Source: Candidatus Omnitrophota bacterium
GTDB lineage: Bacteria; Omnitrophota; Gorgyraeia; 2-01-FULL-45-10
Direction: 5' to 3'
DNA length: 64,000 nt
Assembly (NCBI GenBank): GCA_020057115.1
Contig: JAGVGJ010000002.1
Coordinates: 857-64,856, forward strand
Shown in pieces: positions 37,402 through 47,034 of the stretch (position 1 is the stretch's first letter; each line of letters opens with the position of its first letter). The position numbers were made by a program, and so were the translations under genes. The notes under the pieces were generated by a model. It saw nothing but the letters and a program-made list of their open reading frames with translations. It was not told where the DNA came from and did not search any database.

Positions 37402-38836
37402 TCCTAAAGGTTTCCTGAAACTTAAGAGACTATATTCGCTATACAGGCCTGTATGCGAGCGCGTAAAAGACTATGCGGAAGTCTCCGTATTGCGCACCGA
37501 TAAGCTGACCGAAGAGCAGAGTTCCCGCTGCATGGACTGCGGCACGCCATTCTGCCACTGGGGATGCCCGATCGGGAATGTCATACCTGAATGGAATGAC
37601 CTTGTGTTCCACAAGAAATGGGGTAAAGCCTTAGAGCTTTTGCATGCAACAAACAATCTTCCGGAGATAACGGGAAGGCTATGCCCGGCACTATGCGAAG
37701 CGGCATGCGTCCTGGGTATCAATGACGACCCGGTGACCATCCGGGAAAATGAATTAGGCATAATCGAGCATGCCTTTAAAGCCGGCTTGATAAAACCCAG
37801 GCCGTCCAAGAAGCGGACCGGAAAAAAAATAGCCGTGATAGGTTCCGGCCCGACAGGGCTTGCTGCAGCCGACCAATTGAATAAGGCGGGTCATGAAGTC
37901 ACAGTTTTTGAGAAGGATGATAAGATAGGCGGCATTCTAAGATACGGGATACCGGACTTTAAACTTGAAAAGACTATAATCGACAGGCGCGCCAAACTGT
38001 TAGCGAAAGAGGGCATAAAATTCAAGCCCGGTGTCGAGGCCGGAACTGATATCTTGACCTCAAAACTCAAAAAAGATTTTGATGCTATATGTCTTGCAGG
38101 AGGAAGCCGCGTGCCGCGCGACTTAAAGATAGATGGCAGGGAACTTGACGGCATATATTTTGCAATGGACTTCCTTATACAGGCCAACAGATGCGCCTCT
38201 GGCGAAAAGATAGCGCCCGATAAGATCATAAACGCCAAAGGCAAAAAGGTCGTAGTGATAGGCGGCGGGGATACCGGCGCTGACTGCGTCGGCACAAGCC
38301 ACAGGCAGGGCGCGAGTTGCGTTGTCCAGATAGAGGTCCTGCCGCAGCCTCCGGAGTGCCGCACAAAGGAATACCCATGGCCAAAATACCCGCTCTTGTT
38401 AAAAACATCTTCAAGCCACGAAGAAGGCGGAGAACGCCACTGGGCTGTCCTCACAAAAAAATTCAGCGGGAAAAACGGCCATGTAACGAAGCTTTCATGC
38501 GTCAGGGTGGAGTTCAATAAAGACGATAAGGGCTGCCCGGTGATGCAAGAAGTTCCGAGAAGCGAATTTGCAATAGAGACTGATATGGTTATTCTGGCGG
38601 TCGGATTCCTTCATCCGGAACACAATAAGCTTTTAAAAGACCTGGGAGTGCAATTCGACCATAGGGGTAATGTCAAAACGGATGCATCGTATGCGACTTC
38701 AGCAAAAGGCGTATTCTCAGCAGGCGATATGAGAAGAGGGCAATCGCTCATAGTCTGGGCGATATCAGAAGGAAGACGCGCCGCATATTCCATCGACAAG
38801 TATCTGATGGGAACAACGCGCCTGCCTCCGGGATAA
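37394..38836 (+). CDS. gltD: Glutamate synthase small subunit (NADPH).
   Basis: N-terminal Cys clusters and two Rossmann GxGxxG motifs (GSGPTGLAAA, GGGDTGADC). Confidence 0.9.
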   Translation: MGDPKGFLKLKRLYSLYRPVCERVKDYAEVSVLRTDKLTEEQSSRCMDCGTPFCHWGCPIGNVIPEWNDLVFHKKWGKALELLHATNNLPEITGRLCPALCEAACVLGINDDPVTIRENELGIIEHAFKAGLIKPRPSKKRTGKKIAVIGSGPTGLAAADQLNKAGHEVTVFEKDDKIGGILRYGIPDFKLEKTIIDRRAKLLAKEGIKFKPGVEAGTDILTSKLKKDFDAICLAGGSRVPRDLKIDGRELDGIYFAMDFLIQANRCASGEKIAPDKIINAKGKKVVVIGGGDTGADCVGTSHRQGASCVVQIEVLPQPPECRTKEYPWPKYPLLLKTSSSHEEGGERHWAVLTKKFSGKNGHVTKLSCVRVEFNKDDKGCPVMQEVPRSEFAIETDMVILAVGFLHPEHNKLLKDLGVQFDHRGNVKTDASYATSAKGVFSAGDMRRGQSLIVWAISEGRRAAYSIDKYLMGTTRLPPG

Positions 38837-38843
38837 TGATCTT

Positions 38844-39827
38844 ATGCTAAAGATAGACTGCAAGAAAACTGCCAGCCAGATCGAAAGGTTCATAAGGCAA
38901 GAGGTTCAGTCCGGATTTAAAAAGAAAGGTGCTGTGGTCGGCCTCAGCGGCGGGCTTGACTCATCAGTGACCGCAGCATTATGCGCAAGGGCCATCAGCC
39001 CGAAAAATGTTTTAGGAGTGCTTTTGCCCGAAAGGGAATCTGCGGGCAAGAGCTCAAGCTATGCCATTGCATTGGCCAAAAGATTAGGCATAAGGGCGGA
39101 GAAGAGGGATATCACCGCCGTGCTGGACTCTTTCGGCATTTATAGGGAAAGGGATTCTATAGTAAAAAGATATTTCCGGGATTTTCGTGCGGGGGAGCGG
39201 TTCCGGATAACCATGCCCGGAAGCATCTTGACTAACAGGCAGCTCAATATCCCGTGCCTGGAGATGAAGGATAATTTCGGGCGCCTTCACAAAGATATGC
39301 TATCGGCCGATGATTATCGTTCTATGATAGCGGCTACGAATGTAAAGCATCGCGTCAGGATGTCCGCCCTTTACTATTATGCGGAAAAGAATAATTACCT
39401 TGTGGCCGGAACTACTAATTTAACAGAATTCCTTCTTGGATTTTTTGTAAAATATGGGGATGGCGGAGCGGATATTGATCCTATCAGGCATCTCTATAAG
39501 ACGCAGGTATATCAATTGGCAAGATATTTAAAACTGCCGGATGTGATCATAGGCCGCACCCCTAGCCCTGATACATTCAGTTATCCGGTAAGTGACGAAG
39601 ACTTCTACTTTAGGCTACCTTACGGCAAGCTGGATATGTTATTATATTCTTTCATAAATAAAACGCCTTTAGCAAGGATCAAGAAAAGCGTCAGAGTGAA
39701 CACGGAACAACTGGAGAGGATATTCTTTGACCTCCGATCCAAATACAAGATCGGCAAGCGCTTAAGAAGCGCCCCGATAGGGCTCAAGCTATCCCGCACA
39801 AATATCGAAAGAAAAGGACATATATGA
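38844..39827 (+). CDS. nadE: NH3-dependent NAD+ synthetase-like PP-loop ATPase.
   Basis: SGGLDSS PP-loop and KYGDGGADIDPI motifs. Confidence 0.55.
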   Translation: MLKIDCKKTASQIERFIRQEVQSGFKKKGAVVGLSGGLDSSVTAALCARAISPKNVLGVLLPERESAGKSSSYAIALAKRLGIRAEKRDITAVLDSFGIYRERDSIVKRYFRDFRAGERFRITMPGSILTNRQLNIPCLEMKDNFGRLHKDMLSADDYRSMIAATNVKHRVRMSALYYYAEKNNYLVAGTTNLTEFLLGFFVKYGDGGADIDPIRHLYKTQVYQLARYLKLPDVIIGRTPSPDTFSYPVSDEDFYFRLPYGKLDMLLYSFINKTPLARIKKSVRVNTEQLERIFFDLRSKYKIGKRLRSAPIGLKLSRTNIERKGHI

Positions 39828-42397
39828 TCAGCACAGGAATAAGCGGACTGGATAAAGTCATAACCGGGCTGCAGCTCGGGGACAATGTGGTCTGGCAGAT
39901 AGACTCTATCAGCGACTATACCGAATTCGTGGACCCATTCGTAAAGAAAGCCCTTGAGGAGAACAGGCGGCTTGTCTATATACGTTTCGCCAACCACAAA
40001 CCTCTGTTAAAGAAAGAGAAGGGCATCACAGTCTATGAGCTTAATGCTACCGAAGGGTTTGAATCATTTTCCGCGCAGATAAACAGTATTGCAAAAAAAG
40101 AAGGTGAAGGGGTATTCTACGTATTCGATTGCCTCTCGGACCTTCTCTCTGCATGGTCGAATGACCTCATGATAGGCAACTTCTTTAAGATCACCTGCCC
40201 GTTCCTCTTCGAGCTGAACACAATAGCCTATTTTTCCCTCCTTCGCAACAGGCACTCATTCAAGACTGTCGCGCGTATCCGCGACACTACGCAGCTACTC
40301 ATAGATGTTTATAATTATAATGATAAATGTTATATACATCCTTTAAAAGTCTGGAACCGTTATTCTCCGACGATGTTCCTGCCGCATATCAGGACAAAAG
40401 ATGCATTCGTCCCTATCGCTAACAGCGTAGACACGGCCAAGCTCTTCTCTAACATATTCAAGAAAGGGATAAAGAGCACCGAGAGGAAGCTCGACTACTG
40501 GGACAGGCTCTTCATAGATGCCGAGGAACTGGCAAACCAAAAGGGCACGGCACGCGAAAAGAAGACAAAAATGATAGACAAGCTTTCAAGGATAGTGATA
40601 GCGCGAGACGAGAAGATGCTGGAGCTCGCAAAAGAGAATATAACGCTCGAAGATTTTCTTAATATAAAATCGAGGATGATCGGGACAGGTTTTATAGGAG
40701 GAAAATCTGTCGGCATGCTGATAGCACGCAATATCCTTTCAAAAGAAAAGTCTCTTGAGACGGAAACTCTGTTCGAGACTCACGACTCTTTCTATGTAGG
40801 TTCAGACGTATTCTACACCTACATCGTAGAGAACGGCTGGTGGAAGGCCCGCATGGAGCAGAGGACTAAAGAGGGTTACTTCGAAGTGGCTAAGACCCTC
40901 AAAGATAAGTTATTGACCGGGGTATTCCCAGAAGAGATCAAAGAGCAGTTCATGCAGATGATGGAATATTTCGGGCAATCCCCGATCATAGTCCGCTCAT
41001 CGAGCCTCCTCGAAGACAGCTATGGCAATGCCTTTGCCGGAAAATACGAGAGCGTATTCCTTGCAAACCAGGGGACGCCCGAACAGAGGTACTCGAAATT
41101 CGTGGATGCCATACGCCGGATATACGCTTCAACGATGAATGAGGATGCCCTTGTGTACCGCCTGCAGCGCGGCCTCGACCAGATGGATGAGCAGATGGCG
41201 CTCCTCGTGCAGCGCGTTTCGGGATCCTATCATAAGGATTATTTCTTCCCCGATGTCGCAGGTGTGGGCATATCCTCAAATATCTATGTCTGGAAAAACA
41301 CCCTGGACCCGAAGGCGGGGATGTTGCGCCTGGTCGCAGGACTCGGCACAAGAGCGGTCGACCGGGTTGAAGGGGATTACCCCAGGATCGTGGCCCTCGA
41401 CGATCCGCTCCTTAAGGCTCACGCCGGCATAAAGAGCATCCAGAGATTCTCCCAGCATGAAGTGGATGTTATAAATGTTAGAGAGAATGCATTCCAGACC
41501 ATATCATTAAGAGAGCTCTTGATGGAGAATGTCGACATGAAACTCGACCTCATAGGGACCAAAGACGAGGAAGCGACCGAAAAGCTGCGCGAGATGGATG
41601 TGGATGAAGAGTCCTGGATAATAACATTTGACGAGCTGCTTTCGAAAACGGATTTTTCACAGACCATGCGCAAGATCTTACGGACCCTTGAGTCGGCTTA
41701 CGGATATCCTATCGACATAGAATTTACAGTCAATTTTAAGACGGGCGGTGCATTCCAGATAAACCTCGTCCAGTGCCGTCCAATGCAGACAAGAGGATTG
41801 GGGCGCAGGGTGAGCATGCCTAAGACCGTATCAAAAGACAAGACGATATTCCAGTCGACCGGTAATTTCCTGGGAGGCAACATATCTCAGGCGATCGACA
41901 GGATAATCTATGTAGACCCCAAGGCATACTGCAGCCTGGCCACTCAATCCGAGAGATATGACATAGCCAGACTGGTCGGGATGCTGAACAGGCAGATAGA
42001 GTCCAAGGAAAAGATGTCGGTCATGGTGCTAGGGCCCGGCCGGTGGGGGACAACCACGCCTTCTTTAGGCGTGCCGGTATCCTTCGCGGAGATAAATAAC
42101 ATAACGGTGCTTGGCGAGATCGCGTTCGCCACGGTCAATGCCGCGCCTGAGATATCATTCGGCACGCACTTCTTCCAGGACCTTGTCGAGACAGGCATCT
42201 TCTATATTGCATTGTATCCCGATGACCGGAGCGCATTCACAAACCAGAAGTTCTTCGATTCCATGCCCAAAGGCCTCAAAGAGCTCGTGCCGCAATACAG
42301 CAAGTACGAGGATGTCGTAAAGGTGCTGGACGTCAAAGGAAAAGGCTTAAAGATCGTATCTGATATAGTGTCTCAGAAAGCTATTTGCTATTTCTGA
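39824..42397 (+). CDS. Large multidomain protein: degenerate KaiC/RecA-like N-terminus, a PPDK_N (PEP synthase / pyruvate phosphate dikinase nucleotide-binding) ATP-grasp domain, and a C-terminal domain of unknown function.
   Basis: GISGLDKVITGLQLGD has no Walker A. Then IGGKSVGML, VRSSSLLEDSYGNAFAGKYESV, and LVQCRP at the end of the PPDK_N-type domain. Confidence 0.5.
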   Translation: MISTGISGLDKVITGLQLGDNVVWQIDSISDYTEFVDPFVKKALEENRRLVYIRFANHKPLLKKEKGITVYELNATEGFESFSAQINSIAKKEGEGVFYVFDCLSDLLSAWSNDLMIGNFFKITCPFLFELNTIAYFSLLRNRHSFKTVARIRDTTQLLIDVYNYNDKCYIHPLKVWNRYSPTMFLPHIRTKDAFVPIANSVDTAKLFSNIFKKGIKSTERKLDYWDRLFIDAEELANQKGTAREKKTKMIDKLSRIVIARDEKMLELAKENITLEDFLNIKSRMIGTGFIGGKSVGMLIARNILSKEKSLETETLFETHDSFYVGSDVFYTYIVENGWWKARMEQRTKEGYFEVAKTLKDKLLTGVFPEEIKEQFMQMMEYFGQSPIIVRSSSLLEDSYGNAFAGKYESVFLANQGTPEQRYSKFVDAIRRIYASTMNEDALVYRLQRGLDQMDEQMALLVQRVSGSYHKDYFFPDVAGVGISSNIYVWKNTLDPKAGMLRLVAGLGTRAVDRVEGDYPRIVALDDPLLKAHAGIKSIQRFSQHEVDVINVRENAFQTISLRELLMENVDMKLDLIGTKDEEATEKLREMDVDEESWIITFDELLSKTDFSQTMRKILRTLESAYGYPIDIEFTVNFKTGGAFQINLVQCRPMQTRGLGRRVSMPKTVSKDKTIFQSTGNFLGGNISQAIDRIIYVDPKAYCSLATQSERYDIARLVGMLNRQIESKEKMSVMVLGPGRWGTTTPSLGVPVSFAEINNITVLGEIAFATVNAAPEISFGTHFFQDLVETGIFYIALYPDDRSAFTNQKFFDSMPKGLKELVPQYSKYEDVVKVLDVKGKGLKIVSDIVSQKAICYF

Positions 42398-42419
42398 TAC
42401 GCAGCAAGGTCGGGAAAAT

Positions 42420-42500
42420 ATGGATATTCTTTTTATAGGGATCATTGCGATTCTGGCAATGATCTCTTTTGCCTTTATAGCGCTATGCGCCAAGCTATGA
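42420..42500 (+). CDS. Tiny hydrophobic ORF (about 26 aa, MDILFIGIIAILAMISFAFIALCAKL) in the kdp leader; coordinates are accurate to +/-1.
   Basis: Single predicted TM helix. Not in the ORF track, which has a length cutoff. Confidence 0.2.
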   Translation: MDILFIGIIAILAMISFAFIALCAKL

Positions 42501-42514
42501 GCGGAGACACGCCA

Positions 42515-42606
42515 TGACAATGATATACTGGATCGGCGGCACAATTTCTCTTCTTCTATTTATCTATCTCTTGATAGCCCTTCTTAAGCCGGAGATATTC
42601 TCATGA
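42515..42606 (+). pseudogene. kdpF: kdpF-like gene with an apparent -1 frameshift.
   Basis: ATG ACA ATG ... GGC GG then a frame change. The downstream frame encodes TISLLLFIYLLIALLKPEIFS and ends with TGA overlapping the kdpA ATG (ATGA). An intact reading would need one extra nucleotide after GGCGG. Confidence 0.4.
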
Positions 42607-44339
42607 ACTGGAGCAATCTCACCCAGGCCTCCATCTACATCATAACCATACTAGTCTTCGTCAAGCCTCTTGGTATGTATATGGCCAGGATATATGAAGG
42701 CAAGCCTGCGGGCATGAATGTTTGGCTGGGATGGATAGAGAGGGTCATCTATCGCCTGTCAGGGGTAAACCCTGAACAAGAGATGACCTGGAGGGCATAT
42801 GCCGTTGCTGCGATGATCTTTAATTTTTTTGGCATAATTACCGTATATGCTATCCAGCGTCTTCAGGTATTCCTTCCTTTAAACCCGATGTCGATACCTG
42901 CCGTGGCACCGGACCTAGCATTCAACACGGCTGTCAGCTTTGCCACAAATACGAACTGGCAGAGTTATGGCGGCGAGACAACATTAAGTTATTTTACCCA
43001 GATGCTCGGATTAACGGTCCAGAACTTTGTGTCGGCAGCGACAGGCATGGCTGTGCTCGCAGCATTGATCAGAGGTTTTATCCAAAAACAGTCAGACAGA
43101 ATAGGAAATTTCTGGGTTGATCTGGTCAGATCAACGCTCTATATTTTATTACCGCTATCAATACTCTTGTCCATCATATTAGTTTCGCAAGGCGTGGTGC
43201 AGACGTTCAAGCCATATGAAAAAGTGGCTATGGTCCAGCCGATAAATAATAATGGAACGGCCGCCCAGGAGCAGGTAATTGCGTTAGGCCCGGCCGCTTC
43301 ACAGATAGCTATTAAACAATTGGGGACAAATGGCGGCGGTTTTTTTAATACAAATTCTTCACACCCATTCGAAAACCCGACGCCTCTATCCAACTTCTTA
43401 GAGGTCATCGCCATTCTTTTGATACCGGCCGCCCTATGTTATACATTCGGCTGCATGGTCAAAGACAAACGCCAGGGATGGGCGCTATTGGCTGTAATGC
43501 TCATAATATTCATACCGTGCCTGTGGAGTTCGATGCACTTTGAGCAAAAGGGAAACCCATTATTTGATCGGCTAGGCATCGACCAAAAAGCATCCGCTTT
43601 CCAGCCGGGCGGCAATATGGAAGGGAAAGAGGCCCGTTTCGGTATAGCAAATTCCGCCATATGGGCTGCAGCGACAACAGCCGCTTCGAATGGCTCTGTC
43701 AACTCAATGCATGATTCTTTCATGCCCCTGGGTGGATTGGTACCAATGTGGCTCATGCAGTTGGGCGAGGTCATATTTGGCGGAGTGGGCTCCGGACTTT
43801 ACGGACTGCTCGCATTTGTGATCGTTGCCGTATTCATAGCAGGCCTCATGATAGGCCGCACTCCGGAATATCTGGGCAAAAAGATAGAATCGTATGAGAT
43901 GAAGATGGCCGCTCTTGTACTCCTAATCCCGCACATGCTTGTGCTTGCCGGAACCGCCATATCTGTTATTTTACCCCAGGCACGGCAGGCGATATTGAAC
44001 CTTGGCGCGCATGGCCTGAGTGAAGTGCTTTATGCTTTTTCATCCGCAGGCAACAATAACGGGAGCGCGTTCGCCGGCCTTTCGACGAACAATATCTATT
44101 ATAATATCGCGCTAGGGCTTGCCATGTTCTTCTCCAGATACTGGCTTATCATCCCGACCCTTGCCATCGCCGGGTCGCTTTCGAAGAAGAAGATCGTGCC
44201 TGTGAGCCAGGGGACTCTACCAACGCATACGCCGCTCTTCGTCATATTTCTTGTAATGGTCGTTCTCATTGTCGGCGCCCTGACATTCTTTCCGGCATTG
44301 GCGCTGGGGCCCATAGCTGAACATCTAATGCTCCATTAG
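42603..44339 (+). CDS. kdpA: Potassium-transporting ATPase subunit A.
   Basis: 578-aa polytopic protein. KdpA selectivity-filter-like GGG repeats. Confidence 0.9.
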   Translation: MNWSNLTQASIYIITILVFVKPLGMYMARIYEGKPAGMNVWLGWIERVIYRLSGVNPEQEMTWRAYAVAAMIFNFFGIITVYAIQRLQVFLPLNPMSIPAVAPDLAFNTAVSFATNTNWQSYGGETTLSYFTQMLGLTVQNFVSAATGMAVLAALIRGFIQKQSDRIGNFWVDLVRSTLYILLPLSILLSIILVSQGVVQTFKPYEKVAMVQPINNNGTAAQEQVIALGPAASQIAIKQLGTNGGGFFNTNSSHPFENPTPLSNFLEVIAILLIPAALCYTFGCMVKDKRQGWALLAVMLIIFIPCLWSSMHFEQKGNPLFDRLGIDQKASAFQPGGNMEGKEARFGIANSAIWAAATTAASNGSVNSMHDSFMPLGGLVPMWLMQLGEVIFGGVGSGLYGLLAFVIVAVFIAGLMIGRTPEYLGKKIESYEMKMAALVLLIPHMLVLAGTAISVILPQARQAILNLGAHGLSEVLYAFSSAGNNNGSAFAGLSTNNIYYNIALGLAMFFSRYWLIIPTLAIAGSLSKKKIVPVSQGTLPTHTPLFVIFLVMVVLIVGALTFFPALALGPIAEHLMLH

Positions 44340-44354
44340 TTTAAAAAAGGCCGC

Positions 44355-46433
44355 ATGAAGACATCACATAAAAAAAGATCGTTATTTGACCTGGCAATAG
44401 TCGGGCCGGCTGTCATCGATTCTTTAAAAAAGCTGGATCCCAGGCACCAGATCAAGAATCCAGTGATGTTCGTTGTCCTGATAGGGAGCATACTGACTAC
44501 GGGACTGTATATCCAGGCTGTGCTAGGCCAGGGAGAGGCGCCGGCAGATTTTATTCTCGCTATCTCATTATGGTTATGGTTCACTCTGATCTTCGCCAAC
44601 TTCGCCGAAGCCATGGCTGAAGGCCGCGGAAAGGCGCAAGCGGCAAGCCTCCGGCGCGCCCGGAAAGACACTCCGGCAAAGAAACTCTCAAGCCCAAAAT
44701 ATGGGTCGGATTTTAAAACTGTTTCCGCTACAACTCTCAAGAAGGGTGATGTCGTTCTGGTAGAAGCCGGAGACGCGATCCCCATGGACGGTGAGGCAAT
44801 AGAAGGCATAGCCTCTGTCGATGAAAGCGCTATCACCGGCGAGAGCGCACCTGTAATACGCGAATCAGGCGGTGACCGCAGCTCTGTTACGGGCGGGACA
44901 AGGGTGCTTTCAGACTGGCTTGTCATACGCATCAGTTCCAATCCCGGCGAGACATTTCTCGACCGCATGATCGCCATGGTCGAAGGCGCCAAACGCCGAA
45001 AGACCCCCAACGAGATCGCTCTAAGTATTTTATTGGCAGTGTTCACCATAATATTTCTTTTAGCTACGGTAACATTATTACCCCTCTCGATATATAGCGT
45101 TTCGGCAGCCGGCCACGGAGCGCCGATCACGGTTACTGTGCTGGTGGCTTTACTCGTATGCCTTATCCCTACGACTATCGGAGGGCTGCTTCCCGCGATA
45201 GGCATCGCGGGCATGGACAGGATGATCCAGGCCAATGTCATAGCCACATCCGGTCGTGCCGTTGAGGCGGCAGGGGATGTGGATGTCCTGTTACTCGACA
45301 AAACCGGTACGATAACTCTAGGGAACAGGCAGGCTGTATCTTTTATACCGTCCAAGGATGTAAGCGTTGGATCGCTGGCAGATGCGGCGCAGCTCTCTTC
45401 GCTATCTGACGAAACGCCCGAGGGGAGAAGCATCGTGGTTTTAGCAAAAGAAAAATACGGAATAAGAGGCCGCCACATCCATGAGCTCGAAGCAAAATTC
45501 ATCCCATTTACCGCCCAGACGCGCATGAGCGGTGTAGACCTGGGCGACGGCAGACAAATAAGAAAAGGCTCGGTTGACGCTATCGAAGATTACGTGAAAG
45601 CGCTAGGTGGTTCCTTCCCTGAAGATTTAAAGGCAAGCATTGAATCGATAGCCAAGTCCGGCGGCACGCCGCTTGTCGTAGCAGAACACAAGAACGTGCT
45701 TGGTGTCGTACAGTTAAAGGATATCGTAAAGGGCGGCATAAAGGAACGGTTTGCGGAGCTGCGCCGTATGGGAATAAAGACCGTCATGATAACAGGGGAT
45801 AATCCTTTAACTGCCGCGGCCATTGCCGCCGAAGCGGGTATGGATGATTTTCTGGCCAAGGCTACGCCTGAAACGAAGCTTAAGCTTATCCGTGAAATGC
45901 AATCCGGGGGCAGGCTCGTAGCAATGACGGGAGACGGGACCAATGACGCGCCGGCTCTCGCGCAAGCTGATGTCGCGGTTGCCATGAACACCGGCACGCA
46001 GCCTGCTAAAGAGGCAGGCAATATGGTAGACCTTGATTCAAACCCTACAAAACTTATCGAGATCGTAGAGATAGGCAAGCAGCTTCTCATGACACGCGGT
46101 TCATTGACAACATTCAGCATCGCCAATGACATATCTAAATACTTTGCCATCATACCGGCGGCATTTGTAGGAATCTATCCAGCATTGGGAGCGCTTAATA
46201 TCATGCACCTGGCGACACCGGAAAGCGCCGTATTATCGGCGGTTATCTTCAACGCGCTCGTAATTATTTTTCTCATCCCGCTCGCCCTGCGCGGCGTGCC
46301 ATATAAACCGATGCCGGCGAACCGCCTTCTGAAAGACAACCTGTTGATATATGGGGTCGGAGGGATAGTTGCGCCATTTATAGGCATTAAATTGATCGAC
46401 ATGATCTTGGTGGCATTGCATTTAGTCAGATAA
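44355..46433 (+). CDS. kdpB: Potassium-transporting P-type ATPase subunit B.
   Basis: DKTGTIT phosphorylation motif, TGDN and [10 protein letters not shown] motifs. Confidence 0.9.
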   Translation: MKTSHKKRSLFDLAIVGPAVIDSLKKLDPRHQIKNPVMFVVLIGSILTTGLYIQAVLGQGEAPADFILAISLWLWFTLIFANFAEAMAEGRGKAQAASLRRARKDTPAKKLSSPKYGSDFKTVSATTLKKGDVVLVEAGDAIPMDGEAIEGIASVDESAITGESAPVIRESGGDRSSVTGGTRVLSDWLVIRISSNPGETFLDRMIAMVEGAKRRKTPNEIALSILLAVFTIIFLLATVTLLPLSIYSVSAAGHGAPITVTVLVALLVCLIPTTIGGLLPAIGIAGMDRMIQANVIATSGRAVEAAGDVDVLLLDKTGTITLGNRQAVSFIPSKDVSVGSLADAAQLSSLSDETPEGRSIVVLAKEKYGIRGRHIHELEAKFIPFTAQTRMSGVDLGDGRQIRKGSVDAIEDYVKALGGSFPEDLKASIESIAKSGGTPLVVAEHKNVLGVVQLKDIVKGGIKERFAELRRMGIKTVMITGDNPLTAAAIAAEAGMDDFLAKATPETKLKLIREMQSGGRLVAMTGDGTNDAPALAQADVAVAMNTGTQPAKEAGNMVDLDSNPTKLIEIVEIGKQLLMTRGSLTTFSIANDISKYFAIIPAAFVGIYPALGALNIMHLATPESAVLSAVIFNALVIIFLIPLALRGVPYKPMPANRLLKDNLLIYGVGGIVAPFIGIKLIDMILVALHLVR

Positions 46434-46441
46434 GGAGAAAC

Positions 46442-47017
46442 ATGCTAAGAGGGCATATCAGACCGGCGATCTTGATATTCTTGATCCTGACCGTTATTAC
46501 AGGGATCCTTTACCCGATGTTCATCACCTGGGTCGCTCAAGCATTTTTTCATTCCCAGGCTAACGGCAGCTTGATATACCGCGATGGAAAACCGACAGGA
46601 TCGGCTCTTATTGGCCAGCAGTTCGATGACCCAAAATATTTATGGGGACGCATATCTGCAACATCGACGGTGCCATATAATTCCGCCTCCTCAGCCGGTT
46701 CGAATCTAGGCCCTTCGAATCCGGCGCTTGTGAATAATTTAAAAGCGCGAATAACGGTCTTAAGATCCTCTGATCCGGACAACAATCTGCCGATCCCCGT
46801 AGACCTCGTCACTTCGTCGGCAAGCGGGCTCGACCCGCATATAAGCCGAGCAGCCGGCTATTACCAGATAAGGCGCATAGCAAGGACAAGAGGCATGCCG
46901 GAAGAGGCTATAAAACATATCATAGATCGCAATACAACCGGCCGTCTTTTCGGTTTGATGGGTGAGTCGGTAGTCAATGTATTAAAGGTAAATATAGATT
47001 TGGATTCTCACAAATAA
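46442..47017 (+). CDS. kdpC: Potassium-transporting ATPase subunit C.
   Basis: 191 aa, N-terminal TM helix, KdpC family core. Confidence 0.85.
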   Translation: MLRGHIRPAILIFLILTVITGILYPMFITWVAQAFFHSQANGSLIYRDGKPTGSALIGQQFDDPKYLWGRISATSTVPYNSASSAGSNLGPSNPALVNNLKARITVLRSSDPDNNLPIPVDLVTSSASGLDPHISRAAGYYQIRRIARTRGMPEEAIKHIIDRNTTGRLFGLMGESVVNVLKVNIDLDSHK

Positions 47018-47034
47018 TAGAGTATATTATACAC

